The position numbers and the translations under genes were made by a program. A model generated the notes under the pieces. That model worked only from the letters and a program-made list of their open reading frames with translations, had not been told where the DNA came from and made no database searches. This document shows positions 46,068 through 54,553 of a stretch of DNA of 61,309 bases, piece after piece. The first letter of the stretch is position 1. Each line of letters begins with the position of its first letter. The DNA is taken from NCBI GenBank assembly GCA_964654135.1, contig CAZZHV010000002.1:1-61309 (forward strand), written 5' to 3'. This DNA comes from an uncultured Candidatus Saccharibacteria bacterium. GTDB lineage: Bacteria > Patescibacteriota > Saccharimonadia > Saccharimonadales > UBA4665.

Positions 46068-47609
46068 ATGACCAGACTGCCACAACCCGGAAAAGATGCA
46101 GGTAACTGGGGTAAATTATTAAATGATTTTCTCGGTGTATCGCATTATACTGACGGAACTATTAGGCCGATAACATTCAAGGAGCAACCTGAGCGTACCG
46201 GTCAGTTAGTTATGGAAGCTGTCGATGATCCAAACGGCTATGTCGCTAAGAACATTGCATTTAGAGCTCGCGGCGAATTATCTCGCGGTGGTCCTGTATG
46301 GTTCGATAACAATGGTCGATTGCAAACTTGGATCGGCTGGCACGACAAGATTCCATCCGGCTCATCACATCATGGCTTCGAAGTAAAAACTGCAAGCGAT
46401 CCCAGTGGGCCCGCTCCAGATGTGCTCGCAACTCGTTTCCGCCTTCGCTCAGATGCCGACCGCACCCAGGCTGCATTCTATAGTCTCGAAAACCTATATC
46501 TTGACCACGGTGCCTTTGAGCCAGATACAAAGTTTGGTGTCGTCTTTGATACGCCCCAGACTGGTGATGTTGTTTCGGGCAATTCTAGCGGTCGCTATCG
46601 TCTCGGTAAAGTCGTAACCGCTGTCGACGCCTATGGCGCCGCTACGCTTGATATTTCCGCTGGTCTCGATAACTGTACTGCCGGCAAGATTCATCTCTTT
46701 CGTGATGCTAACGTGCCAAACGCCCAATTTGTTATCTACGCAGCTGACGACTCCACAACGCAAGTCTTCTACGTAGATGCCAAAACTGGGAATACCTTTA
46801 TCACCGGCCGTTTGCAAAATAAGCTGCTTGACGGCACTACCCTTTCTGAGTCGCGCTCTATCTTGGACGCTAGTTCTAATACGGTTGTCGAAAACGATGT
46901 CTTTACTACAGATAGCACCCGTAATGCGAGCGTGCGATTCTTCCGCAACACCAACACGACGGCTACCAAAAAAGTTCGTGTTATGAAGGGCGACGGCACT
47001 AATACCGACAGTGTTGTCATTGACGCTGGCGCAAGTACTATCTCTGCACTGGGCCAAGATGGCGTAACGCTACAGCCAGCCGTTCTTGATGATGACCCTC
47101 GTTTATCTGGTGGTATTTCTACGATGCGCTCGAGCGATGTTTCTACAATGGACAGACTTTTTGCGACATCTAATCTTAACCTTACTTCCGGTAGTGTTTA
47201 TGCAATTCGCGCAAAAGTACGCAAAGCCGGCACATTTACTAAAATTCGCTTTGCAACCGGTACTACTGCCCCATCTGGAGTAACAGATGTACGTGCTGGC
47301 GTGTTTAACGCCACAACTCTGGTTGCTGTCTCGCAGACTGCTAACATTAGTAGCTCTGTTAGTGGTGCAAACCTTGTTGTTGAGGCTGCTCTCGGCACCC
47401 CTGTTACGCTCGCCACTGGGAGTGAAATATTCCTGGGTCTTGGTTTTACAGGTACTTCCCTACAGCTTAAAGGCGCTACAGTGCCCGCACCGATGGCGGC
47501 ACTTGCCCCAGCTATGTCACGTACCGGTACGTATGTGGCTGGTTCAGCTCTTGGCTCTGCCGGTGGCTCTGCTACCGGTAACATCCTTTGGGTAGAATTA
47601 GTTCCCTAG
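46068..47609 (+). CDS. surface/tail-fibre-like protein sharing its N-terminal module with 44108-45769
   Basis: N-terminus RLPQPGKDAGNWGKLLNDFLGVSHYTDGTIRP aligns residue-for-residue with the divergent neighbour. The rest is Thr/Ser/Gly/Ala-rich. Confidence 0.65.
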   Translation: MTRLPQPGKDAGNWGKLLNDFLGVSHYTDGTIRPITFKEQPERTGQLVMEAVDDPNGYVAKNIAFRARGELSRGGPVWFDNNGRLQTWIGWHDKIPSGSSHHGFEVKTASDPSGPAPDVLATRFRLRSDADRTQAAFYSLENLYLDHGAFEPDTKFGVVFDTPQTGDVVSGNSSGRYRLGKVVTAVDAYGAATLDISAGLDNCTAGKIHLFRDANVPNAQFVIYAADDSTTQVFYVDAKTGNTFITGRLQNKLLDGTTLSESRSILDASSNTVVENDVFTTDSTRNASVRFFRNTNTTATKKVRVMKGDGTNTDSVVIDAGASTISALGQDGVTLQPAVLDDDPRLSGGISTMRSSDVSTMDRLFATSNLNLTSGSVYAIRAKVRKAGTFTKIRFATGTTAPSGVTDVRAGVFNATTLVAVSQTANISSSVSGANLVVEAALGTPVTLATGSEIFLGLGFTGTSLQLKGATVPAPMAALAPAMSRTGTYVAGSALGSAGGSATGNILWVELVP

Positions 47610-47786
47610 TTCTGTTGCATATGCACAGATGACAATCTAAATAATCATCTCTGGTGGTGCAACAGGTGGGACGCGGTTTGCGGGGTTGCCGCATATCCTT
47701 TCGGATTACCACGTCCCACCTGGGTGTCCATTACTGGACGGTTTTTGTTAGTACTTGTTTAACCAGATGGTTCTTGTTGAAGGGTG

Positions 47787-49253
47787 TTACTTGACCGGTT
47801 TCGCCAGCTCGAGGATGGTGATGTCCTCCTTGAAGCCCCTGAAGGTCTTCAACTTGCGGGCGGTCGCCAGCAGCTCGTTGGTTGTGTGGTCCCGAGGCGG
47901 CTGCTGGGTGTGCGAGTTGTACGTGATCATGTACGTCGCGTGGTGACACGCTCCGCTGTGCGCGAGCTTGCAGTAGGGCTGACTGATGACCGCGCCGACC
48001 GATTCCTCGGTAATGACTATGGCGTTCGCCGGCAGGTTGTTGTGCGCCCATATGGCGGTTGCCTTGAGGGCGTTGTCGTCGCCGACGGCGATACGAACCT
48101 GGAACGCGATGGCGTTGCCGATGACGATGGCGATGAACGCCAACGCCGCACCGACGATGATCAGCGGTCGCCTTGTGGGCTTGCGCTTCTCGTCACCGGT
48201 GAGGGCCTTCGCCTCCTGGGTCTGCTCCCGCATCTGCAGCTCGCTTGCGAGGTAGCAGAACAGCGGAACGATCACCATGATCAGGTAGTGCGGCAATACC
48301 AGCTTCATGAGGCCGAAGCACAGAATCGAGCTTGCCGCCCACGAGAACAGGATGGTGTTGTCGCCGATCGTCTTGACGCTCCGTTCCCGGATCATCTTGA
48401 CCACCCTCACCAGGACCATGACGCCCGCGACGACCAGCAGCAACAGCGTGACCACGAAGATCTTGTACTGGTCGACCAACGGGTCGATCAGATCGCTGAG
48501 GCTGTTGACCGCGCCGCGGGATTCGCGCATGCCCAAGATCCTTTGGATCTGGACGGTGCTCTCGTCCCAGTACGTCGTGCCGTAGTTCATCGACATGACG
48601 CCGATGTACGCCGCGCAAGTCGCGATGGCTGTGCCGACGAGCGCGAAGTGCTTCTTGTGGTCGCACCGCACGATGAGCCAGTTGATCAGGACCGCGATCA
48701 GGAAGTACACGCCGACGTGTTTGAACACGACGACGAACCCGAGGACCCCGCCTGCGGCGATGAACCTGCCGAGACTGGGGGCCTTGAGAGCCTTCCAGTA
48801 GAGCCAGAGACCCACGACGCCGATCGGCATCATGAGGTTCTCGAACCAACCGACCCTGTTCGTGAACACGGTCCAGCCGTCGACGGCCAAGACGCCGGTG
48901 GCGATCAGGGCCCACTTGTCACCTATCTGCTTCCGCAGCCAGAGGCCGAGGAGCAGCAGCATGACGAGCGAGCCGATCGCCGCCAGAACGCGTGCTTCCG
49001 GAATGCCGGTGCCGAACACCCTGTACCAGAGACCCAGCGCCATGAAGTACAGCGGCGGGTGGTAGAGGTACGGTTGGGCTCCGAAACCGGCTTCCGTCTT
49101 GGCCTGCAGCAGATCGTGATTCGCCATGTTGGCGCCGATCACACTGTAGACACTCTCGTCCCAGTCGTAGCCCGGGCGCGTGGCGATGTGCCAGAAGCGC
49201 AGCAGGCCGGCGACGAGCAGGATGCCGGTCAGTATGAGGGGGAATCCCCGCAT
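47787..49253 (-). CDS. GT-C fold glycosyltransferase, PMT/ArnT-like
   Basis: Trimmed to the ATG at 49253 (alternative GTG at 49271). Multi-TM, with the first-loop acidic motif GYDWDESVY. GC-rich. Confidence 0.8.
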   Translation of the reverse strand: MRGFPLILTGILLVAGLLRFWHIATRPGYDWDESVYSVIGANMANHDLLQAKTEAGFGAQPYLYHPPLYFMALGLWYRVFGTGIPEARVLAAIGSLVMLLLLGLWLRKQIGDKWALIATGVLAVDGWTVFTNRVGWFENLMMPIGVVGLWLYWKALKAPSLGRFIAAGGVLGFVVVFKHVGVYFLIAVLINWLIVRCDHKKHFALVGTAIATCAAYIGVMSMNYGTTYWDESTVQIQRILGMRESRGAVNSLSDLIDPLVDQYKIFVVTLLLLVVAGVMVLVRVVKMIRERSVKTIGDNTILFSWAASSILCFGLMKLVLPHYLIMVIVPLFCYLASELQMREQTQEAKALTGDEKRKPTRRPLIIVGAALAFIAIVIGNAIAFQVRIAVGDDNALKATAIWAHNNLPANAIVITEESVGAVISQPYCKLAHSGACHHATYMITYNSHTQQPPRDHTTNELLATARKLKTFRGFKEDITILELAKPVK

Positions 49254-49297
49254 TCTTCGTATGGCGTTCACTAGTGTGTCTTTCCCTTCGGAGGGTT

Positions 49298-50926
49298 CTA
49301 GGCCGTTTCGGCGGATGCCGGACGGACGATCCTGAGCTTGAGCGTTTGCACGCCAGCTTGTTTCGCGTGAGCGATGAACTGGATCTCGCGTACCTCTGGC
49401 ATGACGAGTGCTCGACGTGCCATGAGGCGCCTGGTGAGTCCGATGACGAACATCGTGCCCAGCAGGAGCGAGATGAACGGGTAGATCGCTCCCTGCATGT
49501 GCCTGGTGGCCAGGATTGACGATGCCGCCAGCCCTGTGGTTACACCCGCTACGAGTACGCCGATAGCGAAGGGGTTCAGTACGGCAAGTGCCACACCGAT
49601 ACCGACCAACGCGTAGAACAGGCGCAGCTGCTTGACTCGCCGACGCGCAAAGGTGCAATCCTTGTACGTGACGATCAAGTCGGCGCAGCCCTTGCCCGAA
49701 CGCAAGTACTCCCGGATGAGAGGCCTGAGACCTTCTCGGTGGTAGCGCTTGCAGTTGAGCCGGGGCGTGCAGTAGATGCCGTAACCGTTCTGGATCATCC
49801 ACGACATCCAGCTGTAGTCCTCGTACGAGTTGGTGAAGGCCGGGTTGGGGCCGCCTACCTTCTCGTAGAGCTCACGCGTGATCGCAAAGTTCGCGGTCAC
49901 CGGGAATTTCTCCCGCTTCAGCGTGTGAGGGTTCAGCAGGAACTCGTTGGCGATGCGCGGCGTTTTGGTTGCGACCGGGTTTTTGTCGATGTAGCGGCTC
50001 CAGAAGGAATCGCCCAGGCCGACAACCGGTCCCGCCACTGCATGCACGACGCCACCGAGCATCGACGAGACTTCCAGCGCCCAAGTGGGCTCGGGAATGA
50101 CGTCGTCGTCGATGACGGCGAGGACAGACGAGATGATCGAGGTGTGCTCCAGCCCGATGCTGCGCTTCATGTTGGAGTCGCGCCCTGGCGAGTCCACATT
50201 GACGCCGATACGTCGGATACCGTCGCCGAACTCCTCCAGGTATTCCCAGGCGGAGTCGTTGATGTCACCGACGACGATGATCTCGATCGGGTGTGGGTAA
50301 TGCTGGTTCTGCAGCGCACGGACCGTCTGGGCGATGCTGCCCTTGTTGGCCTTGGTGCAAATTGCCACCGAAATGTGCGGTGCAAAAGCCGGCAACTCTG
50401 GAAGCGGCGTCTTCTCCGAGTCAGTCGACTCGTTGAACGCTTTTCCCGGCACCACCTGGTCGTCCGTGTCCTTCGCCTTGACCTCGCGGAACGTGAACTT
50501 GTCACCAACTACGAAATTGAACATTGTCACGAGGACGATGCACAAAGTGTTGGCGATCAGGTAATTCACGTGCGCCCAGATCAGAGCGTTGAACATGACT
50601 TGGTTGAGCGGGATGGTGACGATGCGCGAGACATGGAAACGTCCCAACATGCGCCAGATGCTCACGTCGCGCCGATCACGCCAGGTGATCTTGTAGTTCA
50701 GCACGAAGTTGAGCTCGATGGACACCACGGCCTGAATCGCATATGCCACACTGGGACTCCAGTGCAGTACGTCGACGCAGAGGTACAGCGTGGCGTAGCC
50801 GACCAGCATCACGAAGATGCCGATACTGCCGAAGATCAGCTTGCGCTTGAGCTTGCTGATCAGACCTATCGCTCTCCGAAAAGCCGAACTCTTGGTCGCC
50901 TTGTGGCGGCCCTGTTGGGGAGTCAA
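49298..50926 (-). CDS. GtrA-like domain fused to family-2 glycosyltransferase with C-terminal TM region
   Basis: TTG start after GAAGGGAAAG. 4-TM GtrA-like N-terminus (...NFVLNYKITWRDR). GT2 core ISVAICT...IEIIVVGD...IDDDVIP. Confidence 0.8.
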   Translation of the reverse strand: MTPQQGRHKATKSSAFRRAIGLISKLKRKLIFGSIGIFVMLVGYATLYLCVDVLHWSPSVAYAIQAVVSIELNFVLNYKITWRDRRDVSIWRMLGRFHVSRIVTIPLNQVMFNALIWAHVNYLIANTLCIVLVTMFNFVVGDKFTFREVKAKDTDDQVVPGKAFNESTDSEKTPLPELPAFAPHISVAICTKANKGSIAQTVRALQNQHYPHPIEIIVVGDINDSAWEYLEEFGDGIRRIGVNVDSPGRDSNMKRSIGLEHTSIISSVLAVIDDDVIPEPTWALEVSSMLGGVVHAVAGPVVGLGDSFWSRYIDKNPVATKTPRIANEFLLNPHTLKREKFPVTANFAITRELYEKVGGPNPAFTNSYEDYSWMSWMIQNGYGIYCTPRLNCKRYHREGLRPLIREYLRSGKGCADLIVTYKDCTFARRRVKQLRLFYALVGIGVALAVLNPFAIGVLVAGVTTGLAASSILATRHMQGAIYPFISLLLGTMFVIGLTRRLMARRALVMPEVREIQFIAHAKQAGVQTLKLRIVRPASAETA

Positions 50927-51209
50927 AACTTTCCCTTCTTAAAGAACGCGCCTCGAATGAAACATCCGGGGCGATTTGTGGTTGTGCAAGTAGACTTACA
51001 TACAAAACGATAGCATGTTATCCACAGGCGTGCAATTGCAATTTGTACAGATGATTGTATATAAACACCTCTGTAAGATGCTTATGTAGAATGATCTGTG
51101 ATGCATGGACGGGCGGCTTCTGGCAGGCTGGATTGCCCGAGAATTCGCCCGTCCCTTGGCGTTGTAATCGCCGATGTCGCATGCACGATGTTGCTAGAGC
51201 TGCCTCGAG

Positions 51210-52034
51210 CTAGTTGACGAGACGGTGCCAGAACAGCTGGCGGAGGAACGTCAGGCCCTGCTTGAGGCTGCCCTTACTGTCGCCTTCGGCACGAGGGCCA
51301 AAGTCGATCTCCATTTCCGAGCGCCGGATTCCGGGATGTGTCAGAAGCATTTCGACCAGGATCTTGAAGCCCTGAGGGTTCAGCCGTGTCAGGTTGACCG
51401 CGTGGATGTTGAAGGCGAAGAAGCCGGCCATCGGGTCGGTGATCAGCCGCAGTCGCAGCGGAAAGAGTGCCTTGGCCAACACGGTTGATGCTCGTGAGAC
51501 CACCTGTCGGTAGATGTTGCTCAGGCCTTTGCTGCTGCCGCCCTGGGTGTAGCGCGTTGTGGCTACGAGGTCGACGCTGTCCAAGAAGCTCAGCAGCCAC
51601 GGTACGTAGCGCGGGTTGTGCTGAAGATCGCCGTCCATGACGACGACTCGGTTGAGACCCCGCTCGCGTGCTGCCTTGGCTCCGTCGGTGACGGCACCGG
51701 ACAATCCGCCGTGCTTGCTACTGCCGGTGCGGTGGATGTGTTCGATCGTGATGTGCTGGCAGTTGCCGCCGCAGAGCTCTTGCCTGACTTTGTCGCTGGC
51801 TTCGACACCCATGGTGTGGCTGCTGTCGTCGACAAAGATCACGGTGAGCTTGTCACCGTAGAGCTCTGCCATCTGGTGCAGACCTGGCTGAGTGCCGATG
51901 CGCGGGTGGTTGACCACGCCTTGTATGAGGCCGGCGATGTTGTCCTGCTCCTCCACGATGGGAACTACTACGGCTCCTGTGTGGCCGGTTCGTTCACCTC
52001 GCTGGAACAGCGAGATTACCTGTGCGAGTGGCAC
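51210..52034 (-). CDS. polyprenyl/dolichyl-phosphate sugar synthase-type GT2 (Ppm1/DPM1/GtrB-like)
   Basis: VVVPIVEEQDNI ... FVDDSS ... VMDGDLQHNP signature. GTG start. Confidence 0.8.
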   Translation of the reverse strand: MPLAQVISLFQRGERTGHTGAVVVPIVEEQDNIAGLIQGVVNHPRIGTQPGLHQMAELYGDKLTVIFVDDSSHTMGVEASDKVRQELCGGNCQHITIEHIHRTGSSKHGGLSGAVTDGAKAARERGLNRVVVMDGDLQHNPRYVPWLLSFLDSVDLVATTRYTQGGSSKGLSNIYRQVVSRASTVLAKALFPLRLRLITDPMAGFFAFNIHAVNLTRLNPQGFKILVEMLLTHPGIRRSEMEIDFGPRAEGDSKGSLKQGLTFLRQLFWHRLVN

Positions 52035-52163
52035 GAGAATGTCCTTTTCAGCTCGTTTTGATCAGACGAATGGATTGTGCTGTACATGTGCATGCCTTCC
52101 GAATAACGGAATAGACAGCGCTAGTATGGCATTATTTATAGCTTAACGCAAACAGGATATGTA

Positions 52164-52688
52164 TTATCCGTAGATATCGCGAATTGGCATGCGCAAGCGC
52201 ATTTCATCTATGCTATATGTTTGGTCGTCTTGGTGGTACATAAACGTGACGTCATGGATGGCTTTGAAATAGTCATGCTCGTGATGTGTCTTGTATTCTA
52301 TGTCTGCTTCGGTTGTTTTGTTGCGCGGTCGGGGGCCGTCGTAGATGATAAACTCGCGTTCTTCGCGAGATCTTAGCGGTGCTTCCAGATGATGCTCCTT
52401 GCCGAGCACGTGTACTTTGGTGAGCTCGATTGGCTCAGGCCAGCTATTGACGATATAGGCGTGCACCTGCATGTTGGCTCCGTTCATGCGCGTCACGGTC
52501 CGCTTGATAGATACAACCGGAAAAGTATGGTCGTTTCCCTTCTGGATAAGCGAGTGATGCTCGTTACTGGCGTGTGGAGCTTCGGCTGGATTTGGATGCT
52601 GCATAGCCTGATGACCCAGCTCATCCTCGACATTATATACAGGCTTTCCCTGCATGACTCGTTTCATTGATTCGAAAAATCCCGGCAT
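52164..52688 (-). CDS. hypothetical protein (background composition)
   Basis: 174-aa His-rich ORF with no recognisable domain. Sits between two GC-rich blocks. Confidence 0.55.
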   Translation of the reverse strand: MPGFFESMKRVMQGKPVYNVEDELGHQAMQHPNPAEAPHASNEHHSLIQKGNDHTFPVVSIKRTVTRMNGANMQVHAYIVNSWPEPIELTKVHVLGKEHHLEAPLRSREEREFIIYDGPRPRNKTTEADIEYKTHHEHDYFKAIHDVTFMYHQDDQTYSIDEMRLRMPIRDIYG

Positions 52689-52882
52689 AAAACATCTCCG
52701 TACTTATATACCCATCATATCAGGAAATGGTGGCTGACAGTTCACTAAAGACACGATAGACATCATGTGCTTGGTGAACTGCCGGGCGGAAAGGGATATG
52801 AAAAGATGTGAGTACGCTTGCGCGTGAGCTCGACACTTTGTCATTCCCTTCCGCCCGGAAGCTCTCTGTTGCCCTACGTGGC

Positions 52883-53506
52883 CTAGCCGGTCGTCTCGAT
52901 GAGCGAGCTGATCTGGCGGTAGGCGTGTTCGACGTACCTGGGGTGCTCGATGAGGAACGTCACCAGCTCGACCATCTGGTCGAAATCAGGCGCCGGGTCA
53001 TCTCCCATGTAGTACTGGTACGCCAGTGGCGTGCCGGCCCATACCTGAGGCTCTTCGCCTGCCTTGTTCCTGCCCCATGCAGCGTAGTTGCTGCCGGCGC
53101 TGATCATGGCGCTGGCGTTCGAGTCACCGCCTTCGGCGATGTGCGGAACGGGCTCCATGCGGAAATGGCCCTTGGTGGTGTACAGGAGCGCGAGCGAGAG
53201 ACGCAGGACGTACTCGTTGTGTTCGTCGTTCGGCCCGAAGCCGTAGCCTGCGGGGAGGTAGACGAAGAGCGCGTGGCCCTTGTGATAGGCGCGGTGGTCC
53301 GGCTGGAACTCGTGGTTGGGGCCGAACGTGACATCGCCGATAGACGTGTCCGCCGTGACGGGCTGCGTGTTCTCGGGGATTACGTAGGCGCGGTCGGCGT
53401 CCATGACGGGCGGCTGTTCGCGCTGGAGCTGCAGGTACCGCGCGGCACGAGTGCCGGCGATAAGTGCGACTGCCGTTGCGGCGATGAGGAGAAGCTTCTT
53501 GCTCAT
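52883..53506 (-). CDS. membrane-anchored/secreted protein, paralogue of 53526-54266
   Basis: ATG after GAAGGGAAAC. N-terminal signal/anchor. Shares FVY(L/F)P.G..FG and F..EP.P motifs with the upstream gene. Confidence 0.6.
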   Translation of the reverse strand: MSKKLLLIAATAVALIAGTRAARYLQLQREQPPVMDADRAYVIPENTQPVTADTSIGDVTFGPNHEFQPDHRAYHKGHALFVYLPAGYGFGPNDEHNEYVLRLSLALLYTTKGHFRMEPVPHIAEGGDSNASAMISAGSNYAAWGRNKAGEEPQVWAGTPLAYQYYMGDDPAPDFDQMVELVTFLIEHPRYVEHAYRQISSLIETTG

Positions 53507-53525
53507 GAGGTTTCCCTTCGAGAAG

Positions 53526-54266
53526 TTACTTGTCGAGCTGGATGGCCGACGTGACGTGCCTGACGTAGTCCTCGGTGATCGAAGTCAGTTCCAGGACGTC
53601 GTTGCCGTCCAAGTTGTCGAAGATCCGAAGGAGACGCCAGGCGATCTCCCGGAGAGGCGGTGCATCGCTGCACTTGAAGTAGCCCTCGTGCTCGACGCGC
53701 TTCTTCTGGTCATCGGCGCTCGCTTCGTTCTCCTTCCTGCCGTGGTAGCGCAGGTAGGCGTCGTAGTCGAGACCAGCAGTGATGATGCCGGTGGCGATGT
53801 CACTGCCTCCCGAGCTGCTGCCGGGGGACGGCTCGAAGTGGAACTTGCCGTCGGTGTCCTCGAAGAGGCGCTTGGCGATGAGCTCCAGGATGTCGTGCGT
53901 CTGCTTCTTGCCGAAGCGGATCCCCAGCGGGAAGTACACGAAGATGCCGGTGCCAGCGTAGTAGCCCTGGGCCGCTCGCAGACGAACCGGACCGAACGGT
54001 GTGTTGATGGTGCTGTCCGGTTCGTCCTCGGGGATGCGGTACAGGTTGGTGTAGCCGCTCATGGGGGTTGCCGCAGGCAGAACCAGGTTGGTGATCGGCC
54101 GGTTGTCGTATGTCTCCCACTTGGGAACAGTGTTGAGACCGACGAGTGGGTTGATCTCGCCCTTGTCCACCATTTCCTGGTAGACGCGTGCTCCACGCTG
54201 GTACCCAGCCACGATTGCGGCGAGGGTTCCGGCGGCGACAATGGTCGCGAGTACGGGGTGTTTCAC
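53526..54266 (-). CDS. membrane-anchored/secreted protein, paralogue of 52883-53506
   Basis: Trimmed to the GTG at 54266, preceded by AGGAGGA. Has an N-terminal hydrophobic anchor. Confidence 0.6.
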   Translation of the reverse strand: MKHPVLATIVAAGTLAAIVAGYQRGARVYQEMVDKGEINPLVGLNTVPKWETYDNRPITNLVLPAATPMSGYTNLYRIPEDEPDSTINTPFGPVRLRAAQGYYAGTGIFVYFPLGIRFGKKQTHDILELIAKRLFEDTDGKFHFEPSPGSSSGGSDIATGIITAGLDYDAYLRYHGRKENEASADDQKKRVEHEGYFKCSDAPPLREIAWRLLRIFDNLDGNDVLELTSITEDYVRHVTSAIQLDK

Positions 54267-54553
54267 AGGATTCCTCCTGGTGTAGGGGTTGATGATGGGC
54301 TGTAAACACTCACAATATGAGTACTCATAGCCCATCACTAACAGAGAGCTGTTAAGGTGCTTTGCTTGCCCTAACAGGGGTACAAAACCATATTATTTTA
54401 GCATAAAAGTGTAAAAAAATCAAAGTTATGGGTGTGCTGACGATAGGGCTGCTGAGGGGATAAATGTACCGTTGTGGTACGTCAGCAGCCCTATCGGAAC
54501 CAGTCTAGCGATGTATCGCTGCGGGGTGTCTAGCCGCGGATTTCAGATGTGAA

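Noticed and set aside
44108-47609. Prophage
   Set aside because: Only two tail-fibre-like genes are present. There is no capsid, portal, terminase, tape-measure, lysis or integrase gene in the flanks, and the neighbouring genes are cellular.
47784-51013. Very long plus-strand ORFs (496 aa at 47784-49274; 424 aa at 49739-51013) overlapping the glycosyltransferase genes
   Set aside because: Their composition is dominated by Arg/Asp/Val/Glu/His/Gln with no hydrophobic structure. This is typical of stop-free antisense frames in GC3-rich genes. The minus-strand frames carry clear GT-C, GtrA and GT2 motifs.
51019-51027. Perfect TTATCCACA DnaA box in the spacer between the two GT2 genes
   Set aside because: It is a single isolated copy with no partner boxes or adjacent AT-rich unwinding element, so it is compatible with chance.
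52808-54305. Plus-strand ORFs 52808-53554 and 53403-54305. Similar ghost ORFs lie at 40669-41481, 56381-57472, 31761-32282, 3309-3710 and 37696-38196.
   Set aside because: Same antisense-of-GC-rich-gene artefact (or, at 37696-38196, antisense of a low-complexity gene). The opposite-strand frames have signal peptides, RBSs, paralogy or known motifs.
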